64,000 bases of DNA from an uncultured Actinomycetes bacterium. GTDB taxonomy: Bacteria > Actinomycetota > Thermoleophilia > RBG-16-64-13. The position numbers were made by a program, and so were the translations under genes. The stretch covers positions 832,001-896,000 of the forward strand of contig CAWJDT010000001.1 of the NCBI GenBank assembly GCA_963841735.1, given 5' to 3'. Under the pieces are notes generated by a model. It did no database searches. It saw only the letters and a program-made list of their open reading frames with translations, and had not been told where the DNA came from. Below are positions 41,373-50,700 of the stretch, piece by piece; within the stretch, counting starts at the first letter, position 1, and each line of letters begins with the position of its first letter.

Positions 41373-41881
41373 GACAGGCTCACCTCTACGGGGCAAGCCG
41401 CCGCCCCCAGGCCGGCGGCTCTGTCCGTGGCCGCGTCCACCTCATCAAGCAGGGCTTCCAGTTTCTCGACGGTGAGGTGACCGTGGAACTCGCCGTCCAG
41501 CTTGATGACGGGGGCTATGGAGCAGGCGCCCAGACAGGCTACGCGGAGCACCGAGAAGCGCCCGTCGGCGGAATTGCCGTCTGGACGCAGCTTGAGTCGG
41601 CGCTGCAGATACTGGGCAAGCGCTAGGCTCTGCTTCACGTGGCACGCCGTGCCCCTGCATATCTCGATCACGTGCTTCCCCAGGGGGGCGAAGCGGAACT
41701 GGTTGTAGAAGGTGGCAACGCCGTAGACGCCGGCCACAGGAGTGTCCAGGGCCTGGGCCACTCCCATCATGGCTTCCTGGGATAGAAAGCCTTCTCGAGC
41801 CTGCAGTTCTTGAAGCAGAGGTATCAGTTGGTCGCGGGACAGGCCGGTCCTATCCGCGAGCAGCGACTCGACGTTGTTCAC
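41369..41881 (-). CDS. hydC: NuoE-like [2Fe-2S] subunit HydC
   Basis: GVATFYNQF, CRGTAC, CLGACSIAP. Confidence 0.93.
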   Translation of the reverse strand: MNNVESLLADRTGLSRDQLIPLLQELQAREGFLSQEAMMGVAQALDTPVAGVYGVATFYNQFRFAPLGKHVIEICRGTACHVKQSLALAQYLQRRLKLRPDGNSADGRFSVLRVACLGACSIAPVIKLDGEFHGHLTVEKLEALLDEVDAATDRAAGLGAAACPVEVSLS

Positions 41882-42318
41882 TGTTGCTCACGCCCTCCAG
41901 ACCAAGGGGCGTTTTTCGGAGCACTACCGGCCAGCAACGACTCCACCCGCTCAGCAAGAACAGCCAACTTCACGGGCTTTTCGAGGAAGGCCTCCGCCGG
42001 CAGATCCTGGCCCATCAGCGAGGCGAGCACCTTGTCGCGCACGTCGGCCTGGACGTTGAAGCCGGACAGCATGAGTATGGGGATGTCGCGCGTGGGGCCG
42101 TCGGTCTTGAGGGCGCCGGCCAGCACCATGCCCTCTTCGTCGTAGTCCATCATCACGTCTAGGATGATGAGGTCGGGGCGGTCTCCGACGATGCGGGCGT
42201 AGGCCTCCTTGCCGTTGGCCGCCGTCTTCACCTCGAATCCGCGGGCCGTGAGGAAGGCGTCTATCGACGCCACCAGATCACGGTCGTCGTCAACGACTAG
42301 GATCTTCTTGTTATCCAT
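41878..42318 (-). CDS. Single-domain response regulator
   Basis: ILVVDDD, ILDVMM, MLSG, EKP; start at ATG 42318 after GAGGA. Confidence 0.9.
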   Translation of the reverse strand: MDNKKILVVDDDRDLVASIDAFLTARGFEVKTAANGKEAYARIVGDRPDLIILDVMMDYDEEGMVLAGALKTDGPTRDIPILMLSGFNVQADVRDKVLASLMGQDLPAEAFLEKPVKLAVLAERVESLLAGSAPKNAPWSGGREQQ

Positions 42319-42363
42319 CGCTTCTTCCTCGCACTTTCGACTGGGGCACGGTCCCTGCATGAA

Positions 42364-43020
42364 TCACTGTGTTTCCTCGCTCCGCCGGCTCAAGAAGGTG
42401 ACTTTTTCCAATCTGGCGGAGATGTCAAGCGGTTCGATGAAGCACCCGGGGGGCGCGGTCAGCGTCGTAGGGACGAAGTTCAGAAATCCTCGGACTCCGG
42501 CCGCCGCGGCTCTGTCCACGACCGACTGCAGTCCCTCGTCCCGCGCGGCAAGGATGAGCACACGGAGACCCGCGTCGCTGGTGATCTTCTCCAGATCGTC
42601 CAGGTGGTAGCAGCGGCAACCAGCAAAGACTTTGCCAACCTTGTCCGGGTCGATATCGAAGGCCGCCGCTATGCGGAAGCCGCGCTCCTCAAACCCGCGG
42701 TAGGAGAGGAGGGCCCTCCCCAAGTAGCCCACACCCACCAGGGCGATGCTCTGGACCTCGTCGGTGCCGATGATCTCGCTGATAGTCCGCGACATCTGGC
42801 GAACATCATAGCCCCGGGCGATGTTGCCGAAGGTGCCGAAACTGGCCAGGTCGCGCCGCAGCTGGGCCGGAGTGACTCCTACCAGAGCAGCAAGCCGGTG
42901 GGAGTAGATGAACTCCACTCCGTCGTGATTGAGCGCTTCCAAGGCGCGCCGATAGGTGCTAAGCCGCTCCACCGTGTGGAGGGAGACTTTGCGTTCTCTC
43001 GGGGCCGGGTCTTGCGCCAT
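42364..43020 (-). CDS. rex: Redox-sensing transcriptional repressor Rex
   Basis: ERLSTYRRAL, QLRRDLASFG, LVGVGYLGRAL, FDIDPDKVG, LNFVP. Confidence 0.92.
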   Translation of the reverse strand: MAQDPAPRERKVSLHTVERLSTYRRALEALNHDGVEFIYSHRLAALVGVTPAQLRRDLASFGTFGNIARGYDVRQMSRTISEIIGTDEVQSIALVGVGYLGRALLSYRGFEERGFRIAAAFDIDPDKVGKVFAGCRCYHLDDLEKITSDAGLRVLILAARDEGLQSVVDRAAAAGVRGFLNFVPTTLTAPPGCFIEPLDISARLEKVTFLSRRSEETQ

Positions 43021-43038
43021 TGGTACACACATCCTCTA

Positions 43039-43071
43039 GTGTGCCGCGTTTCACAGTGAATATAATCACAG
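43039..43071. promoter_or_regulatory. Two tandem Rex-like operators in the rex-hyd promoter
   Basis: GTGTGCCGCGTTTCACAG (43039-43056) and CAGTGAATATAATCACAG (43054-43071) versus TTGTGAANNNNTTCACAA; minus-strand TTGACA at 43089-43084. Confidence 0.7.
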
Positions 43072-43144
43072 TAGGCCGACCGGTGTCAACTGGGCAAGCG
43101 CATGGCGCTCACGAGCGGCTGAAGTCTCTTGATACGATGGCGCT

Positions 43145-43867
43145 GTGGAACCGAGCGAAAACATCTTGGTCATCGTTCCGGCTCACAACGAGGGCCCGCG
43201 GATCGGGGCCGTCGTGCGGGCCGTGGTCGAGCAGGGCCTGCCCGTGCTGGTGGTGGATGATGGCTCCGGCGATGACACCGCCGGTGTGGCGCGCGCCGCG
43301 GGCGCGCGCGTGCTTGCTCTGCAGCCCAATCGGGGCAAAGGAGGGGCGCTGAAGGCGGGCTTCGTCGAGGCGCTGGCCGAAGCCCCCGGGGGAACTCCCT
43401 GGGCCGGCCTCCTCACGCTCGACGGGGACGGCCAGCACGACCCGGCCGAGCTTCCGGCGTTCTTGGAGGTTTGGAACACCCGCGGCGCCGATCTGGTGAT
43501 CGGCGCCCGTGACTACAAAGAGATGCCCCCCATAAGGTGGTTTACCAACACGCTCAGCCGGAAGCTGTTCTCATGGGCGGTGGGAGAGGACGTTCCCGAC
43601 AATCAATCCGGCTATCGGCTGCGCTCGCGGCGGCTGGCCGAGGCGACACTGGCCAGCAGCGAGCAGGGCTTCGCGTTTGAAGTCGAGGAGATCGCCATCT
43701 GTGTGGGGCGCCGGTACGGTCTTGCCTGGGTGCCCATCAAGACCATCTACGGGACAGAAGTGAGCGATATCCGGCCGTGGTCGCACTTCACCGGCTTCAT
43801 GCGGGTCATCTTCCGGGCACGCAAACGGGTGAAGCGGGAGCGAAGGGCGTCGTCTACTCGGCTGTGA
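43145..43867 (+). CDS. GT2-family glycosyltransferase (DPM1-like)
   Basis: VPAHNE, VVDDGS, LDGDGQH, DNQSGYR. Confidence 0.92.
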   Translation: MEPSENILVIVPAHNEGPRIGAVVRAVVEQGLPVLVVDDGSGDDTAGVARAAGARVLALQPNRGKGGALKAGFVEALAEAPGGTPWAGLLTLDGDGQHDPAELPAFLEVWNTRGADLVIGARDYKEMPPIRWFTNTLSRKLFSWAVGEDVPDNQSGYRLRSRRLAEATLASSEQGFAFEVEEIAICVGRRYGLAWVPIKTIYGTEVSDIRPWSHFTGFMRVIFRARKRVKRERRASSTRL

Positions 43868-44465
43868 TCGGGCCCCGGATGGCGTCGATGGGGTGACTCT
43901 CGTTGCCGATGCTGACGTAGGCCTCGCCGTCCTCAATAAGGGCGATCAGGTCGGCGATGGTGCCTCCTTGGAGCGGACCGGTCAGATCGTCGGCAGCGAT
44001 GGTGCCCTGGGCCAATATCCCATCGAAGTTGCCTTCCTTGGCCGGACCCGCGAACAGCGTGTAGACCGTGGCGCCGTCTTCGCCCGGTAGTCCCTTGCCG
44101 ATGGTGGCCACCGATGCATTCGAGATTTGGTAAGTGAGTTCCAGGGTAAACGCCATCTCTTTGGCGGCAGAATCGTAGTCGAGCGTGAGAACGGCGGTGG
44201 CCTGGGTGGTCACGGCCGGTACCGAGTCGGCTCCTGTGAGATCGGCCGTGTAGATGGCAGAAGGCAGAACGGCGGTCGTGGACCCAGTGGTAGAAGCGCC
44301 CGAGCCGTCGTCCCCTCCGCACGAGCGGGCAGCTAGGACGATTATCAGTACGAGCAAGACCACGACGCCGGCAAAGAATACAAGCCGGCGTCTTTGCACC
44401 TGGGCGGTGTGTTGCCTGCGCGCCCGCGCTTTGGCTTCTCTCTGACGGTCGATGTCGGGCTGCAT
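43854..44465 (-). CDS. Membrane-anchored CHRD-domain protein
   Basis: TM then LTGADSVPAV...GEAYVSIGNESHPIDAIRGPI; start at ATG 44465. Confidence 0.75.
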   Translation of the reverse strand: MQPDIDRQREAKARARRQHTAQVQRRRLVFFAGVVVLLVLIIVLAARSCGGDDGSGASTTGSTTAVLPSAIYTADLTGADSVPAVTTQATAVLTLDYDSAAKEMAFTLELTYQISNASVATIGKGLPGEDGATVYTLFAGPAKEGNFDGILAQGTIAADDLTGPLQGGTIADLIALIEDGEAYVSIGNESHPIDAIRGPITAE

Positions 44466-44630
44466 GAATGGCTCTCCGTGGTGCGGCATGAGTGCAAAGA
44501 ACACGACTCTGACAGTTTACCCGATGCATGTGGTCGGGGGTTACAGCTGTAATTTGAGCGGTGATCGTGAGTTTGGCCGGGGTGTCCAGACCAAGGAGTC
44601 GTGCCCTGGGTGGGAACGAAGGGAAGCTAC

Positions 44631-44660
44631 TTGACACAAACCCATAGACTTCATTAGAGT
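44631..44660 (+). promoter_or_regulatory. Sigma70-type promoter for the rhs gene
   Basis: TTGACA-18 nt-TAGAGT about 100 nt upstream of ATG 44764. Confidence 0.6.
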
Positions 44661-44763
44661 GGTCGCGGCGTCTGATAGACGGCGCCCGTACCTACCTGCC
44701 GGCTCTCGGCGTAAGGTGCGAGTGTTGCTTCGGTACTCACATTGTTCTGATATTGGGGGGGAC

Positions 44764-47700
44764 ATGTACCGCACTCGCCGCTTGGCTCCGTTCGCCTACG
44801 TTCTTCTGCTGGTCTTCCTTGTTTTGACGTTCGCTCTGGGTTCGGCCGCGCCGGCGACCGCCGAGCAGGGGGAGACCTCCGCCCAGCCCGTGGCTCCGGC
44901 CGGGGAAACAGTCTCCGCCGGACCGGTCGCGGCTCATGCTGAGATCCTGAGCACCCCTGTTCCGGTCAGGGAGCTCACTGAAAAGCGCACAGAGACATCC
45001 CGGACCTATCTTCTCTCCGACGGAACCAAGCAGGCGGAGATCTTCCAGAGGCCCATCAACTATCAGGACGCCAATGGACATTGGCAGCCCATAGACGCGC
45101 GCCTGGTTCCCGGCAGTCTGCCCGGCACCTATGAGTCGGCCTCCACAGCGGTCAAGGTGGGCATCTCCCTTGACAAGGCCAAAGCCCAGCCTCTCGTGTC
45201 CCTGGCCTACGACGGGGCTTTGGTTACCCTGCGGCCGGTGGCCTTCCCCGGGATGGGTCGCATCAGTGCCCCTTCGGTGGTTGGGACCAAGGCCAAGTTC
45301 GGCTGGGCCTGGGCCGGCCCGGTTCTCTCCTACGAAGTGATCGAGGAGGGAGTGAAGGAGACCATCACCCTGCCGTCGGCTGGAAGCCCCGACACCTATG
45401 TCTTTGCCATCGATCACGCTGGTCTTGCTCTCAAACAGGACGAAACCGGTCAGTGGGGCCTCTACAAACCGGGCGAGATCACCCCTGCGCTCGTGCTGGG
45501 TGATCTTCTTGTCTACGACTCATCCATTGACGAGACCGGCTCTCCCGCGGTAGCCGGTGGCGCCGAAATGACGCTTGAGGTGGGCAAGGACCAAAGCACC
45601 GCCACCATCACCGTGCCCAAGGAGTGGCTCACCGACCCCTCCCGGGTGTTCCCGGTAGTGATCGACCCCACCGTGACCCGCTACGCCGCGGGCGACACCT
45701 ACATCTCCAGCCTGTATCCCAACACTTCCTACAACTCGGCGACCGCGCTTAAGGTGGGTTACTACGACGCCACCACCGGCTGGAACAAGGCCCTGGTCAA
45801 GTTCTACCTGCCGTCCGATCTTACCGACGGCGGGGGCGGATATGTGATCAGCGCCAATCTCAAGCTCTACCAGCACCTGCAGTACTACGCCGGCCAGGCC
45901 ATGCCCACCCATGTAGGCATGATGACCAAGACCTGGACCGGTTTGAGCACCTGGAACTCGCTCGGCAGCTACGCCATCACCGACGCCAAGACCATAAGCG
46001 TGGCCATGAATACCTGGCTCGATCTTCCTTGCGCGGACATGGTGCAGAAGTGGGCCAGCGGCATCGCGTCAAACTACGGCTTTGTCGTCTACCAGATGCC
46101 GGCCACCGAAGGGCAGACCTACTGGCGCCAGTTCCGCTCCAGCGAGTATTCGGATGTGAACTACCGGCCTCGCTTGGTCATCAACTACACCACGGTCTAC
46201 GACGTCAAGGCGGACTACGCGGCGGTGGGCGACGGTACTCACGACGACACCACCAACATCCAGAACGCCATAGATGCCGCTGCTGCCGCCGGAGGGGGCC
46301 GCGTCTTCTTCCCGGCCGGCACCTACCGCACCACCCAGCCTCTGCAGCTGGACGTAAGCTACGTGACCCTAGAAGGCACGGGAGCCTCAAGCGTTCTTAA
46401 GGCGAGCGGAGCCAGCCAGACCGAAGTGGTTGCGATTGGATCGAATGTCGGCGCGGTGTCGGGCCTGAGTGTAAAGTCGCTTGGTATCCAGGTGCCCAAC
46501 GGTGGATATGGGGTCAAGGTCACCGGTGCCGGTGGCGGCACCACCATAGCTATTGCCTACAACACCTTCACCGGGGCTCTGGTAGACAACGAAAGTTCCG
46601 GGGTCCAAGCCGACGCCAACTTCAACAATGTCACGGTGCTGGGCAACGACTTTTCCGGCTTGGGGGCCTTGCCTCTCAATCTGACTGTGTCTTGGTCGGG
46701 GCGGAGCGTGAGCGGTAACACTCTGCCCGTCTCCCAGTCGTACCGTCCCGATCTTCTCTGGGGGGCCAATCGCTACGACACCGCCGTCAGGCTCTCCAAA
46801 GCCGGTTATCCGAACGGAGCGGCCGCCGCGGTCTTGGTCAGCGGCGAGAACTACCCCGATGCCCTTTCCGTGGCTCCGCTCGCGGTGGCCTATGACGGGC
46901 CCACGCTTCTTACCTACGCCTCAGCGCTCACTGTGGACACGGCCAGCGAACTGCGGCGCCTGAATCCCAGCCAAGTGTTCGTCGTGGGCCTCGGCACCAC
47001 CGTCCAGAACGCGGTCAAGGAAGCTCTTCCCACCGCCACGGTCACAGCCATCGTGGGCACCGATCGCTACGACACGGCCGCTCGGGTAGCGGTGCAGCTC
47101 AAGGCCAAGCTGGGTACCGTGAGCAAGGTGGTGGTGGTCCCTGGGGACAACTACCCGGACGGACTCACGGTGGGGCCGCTCGCCGCTCAGAAGGGCTGGG
47201 CCATCCTTCTTACGCCGGCCGCCGGTCCTTTGCCTACCGTAACCTACAACTGCTACCACACGACTCTGGGCGTGAGTAGTGCTCTAGAGGTGGGCACCAG
47301 CGTCGCTCTTCCCTATATCACCAACCTCACCCAGATCACCGGCTCTGACCGGTATGACACCTCCACGCATGTGGCCGAATATGCCGAGACCCTAGATGGC
47401 AAAGTGGTGTTTAACCACATGGGCCTTGCTACCGGCGACAACTACCCCGATGCCTTGGCTGTCGGCTCCTATCTGGGCAAGGATGACGGGCTACTTCTGC
47501 TCACCAATGGGGACGCCGCTACCGCTTCGGTCACGGCCGAGTTGGACGACCATTTCTCCTGGCTTGACGAGCTCACCTACGTTGCCCTTCCCAATTCTTG
47601 GGTTGCCGACCAGAACTCGGGCTTGTATCGCGAACCGGCACCCCAGCACACCGCATACGATCTGGGTGAGTTCGCCGATCATGATACGACCGCCACCCTG

Positions 47701-50700
47701 GACAGGGGTCGCCTGAACGTTGGTACCGTTGACCTCGGGATCGCCTCGTTTGGGCCGATGGCAGCTCTTGATCGCACCTACTCATCTGGGGTCACCACCG
47801 CCGGCTATTTCGCCCCCGGCTGGCGCTTTGGCTTCGAGCGTTCTTTGACCTTCGTGGACGCTACTCTTACCCGCTATTCAGATGAAGCGGGGGAAAGCTG
47901 TGCCTTTGTGAAGAGCGACCCGGCAAGTAGCGTCTGGTCCCCGCCCTCCGGCATGAGTGCCAAGCTGGCACATGGAACCACCAACTGGACGCTCACGTTC
48001 CCGGGAACCGGGGCCGTCCTTACCTTCGACGGGACCTCGGGCAAGCTCCTCTCGGAGGCCGACCGCAACGGAAACGCCGTCACCTACACCTGGAGCTCCG
48101 GCTACTGCACAGCGATAACTGCAGCCAACGGCCAGCAAATCCAACTGACTCTCAACGCCAGTCACAAGCTGACCCAGGCAACGTATGCTACTGCACATGG
48201 TACACGGCAGGTGAGCTACGCGACGGCTGCCCCTTGGACCATCACCTGCTACCCGGGCACCTCGCTCTCGCATAGCCTCACCTACAGCTACAACGGCTCC
48301 AGCCAGCTGTCGGGCATGACTGCCACCAACTTCACGGGAACGACGGCTGCGACCGAGAGCTTCCTCTATACAAGCGGGGCTTTGACTGAGGTGCGTTTCC
48401 CCGACTACACGACGGTGGCCACCTTCCCGGACTACAACAACAGTAGCTCAGACGCCAAGGCCACCATCGCCTATAACGGGCAAAGTGCCACCATCAGCCG
48501 TTGGGGCTGCGTCTATGCCAGTACAGCCCCGACGGGACAGACAGGGACTCAGGTGGTCAAGAGTGTGAGCTGGGACTCGCGCGGGGCCATGGTGGGCGAA
48601 ACCAACTTCAAGGTTGCATCAGAGTCCGGCAATCAGACCTGGTCATACACCCTGTCTGCGCTCAACGAGGCGGTTCTTGTAACTACGACGCCCCTCACTA
48701 CCCTCTACTCGGCAAGCTATACCCCGCAGCTTCTTGTGGGCAGCACCACGGATGCCGGGGGGGCGACGGTTTCGGTGACCTACGGTGATCCAACCACGGT
48801 CAACTCCGATCTGCCACTCACGGTCACGGACAGCCTGGGTTCCACCACCTACTACGGCTACGATGGGGCGGGGAATCCCACCGAGGTCACCAAGGAACTC
48901 ACCGAGGAAGGCGACCTGGGCGTGACCCGTTGTACCTACGCAAACGTCACGGTGGGCTCGGCCACCTACCGTGGCGCGCTTGTGCAGGAACGGAAGCTCA
49001 TCAGCGGCACCGCCCAGAACGGTATCTGGGCTGTCACCGACTACAACACCGACGGTTACTACCCCAACGGCCAACCCAAGAAGACCGTTTACCGGGACGT
49101 GGCTCTCTATGACGGACAGGTTGACCCGCCAGACCTGACCGTGACGGAAAGCTACGACGCTCTGGGGAACCTCTTGACGAGGACCGATACGAGCGGCCAG
49201 GTGGCCGAGACGAACACCTACGACCTCGCGGGCCGGCTGCTCACCAGCACCGGACCGGCCTTCACCGCCACGGTGAGCGGCAGCCCGGTGTCCACCCAGG
49301 TGGTCTCTCACAACGTCTATGACGCCTGGGGCCATCTGGTGGAATCCTATGAAACCTCCAGCGTCGACACTAGCGGCACCAAGGCCAACTGGACCACTAC
49401 GACCTACGATACCTGTGGCCGCGCCAGGCAGGTGAAGACGTGGCTCTTCGGCTCTCCGCCACCTTCGGCCACACCCGCAAACACGCTCACGTTTGCGTAC
49501 GATGGATTGGGGCGGCAGATCACCGAGAGCGACAGCACGATCAGCGGCCTTCCTTCTCTATCGTCCTATGATGCCCAAGGCAACGTGGTCGCCTCCTGGG
49601 CGTCCAGAGCCTGCTCCACGACCTACGATCTGGTGAAGGCAACGCGCAGTGTGACCGATGCCGGCTCCCCAGCCTACGATGCTCTCGGGAACGCTCTTCG
49701 AAGCGCACCACCTGGTGGGAATCCAACAACCTACACCTACTACGATAGCGGGCAGATACATGTCGAGACACAACCTGATGGTACTTCCATTACCTACACA
49801 TACGACGAGGCTGGGAATACCTCCCAGGAAGTCTCCAGCGAGAGCGGCACCATAAGCTACGCTTACGATTTGGCCAGTTGCTGCCTTTCCGCGACCACCG
49901 CGGCCGGTCTCACCACGGACTTCGGCTATGACCTGCTCGGTCAGCAGGTCTCAGCCGGAGCGGACGGCCAAGCTTCTTCACAGGTGACCTACAACACCCA
50001 GGGTTGGGCGCTCAAGACCGCCGATGCCGATGGATTCACAAGCACCCGGACCTACGACGCAGCTGGCCAGGTGGTCTCAGAGGCGGTCCAAGGGGCGACC
50101 ACCCTATCCACCTACGACTTCGCCGGCCACCTCACCCTCCAGGCCGATCCCGAAGACCGGCAGACCGACATCACCTACGACCTCTTCGGACGAGCTAGCG
50201 AGACCGTTCAGACCCTGCCCGGCAGTCCCCGAGTCCTCATCAGCGACGCGGTGGTGGTCTTTGACTCCCTAGGCCGTCCCACGCAGAGCACCGATAGCGT
50301 CCGCGGTCTTGCCCACAGCTATACCTACCCGCAGAACACCCCTAGCGTCACCAGCGAAGTGAGCGCGGTAGGTGCCACCGGTAGTGGCCTGGTCACCAGC
50401 GCCGTGAGCATCGGAACGAACGGACTGGAAGTGAGCCGCAGCGTCCAGGTGGAAAGTAGTCCGCAGATTCCGACCATCCTTCGCAGCGTCGATACCCGCG
50501 ACACCGCCCAACGGGTGACCAAGGCCACCATAGACGCCGGGGCGGTAACCGATATCTACGCGCAGTACCTATACGACTCCGCCGGTCGGCTGCAGCGGCA
50601 ATGGGGACCCAGTACTGGAGCGGGCTCTGGTTACCTATCCACCGCTCCCAGTACCAACGCCTATACCTACAGTCCCGCCACGGGTCTAAAGACAGCCGAC

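Noticed and set aside
39381-41881. Respiratory complex I (nuoEF)
   Set aside because: The adjacent subunit has H-cluster motifs and no membrane nuo genes are present
44659-44763. Longer N-terminus for the Rhs protein (also ORF-track extensions of pstA, phoP, tetR and the CutR-like regulator)
   Set aside because: Extensions run through promoters or upstream genes; downstream starts fit signal peptides, RBS or stop-start coupling better
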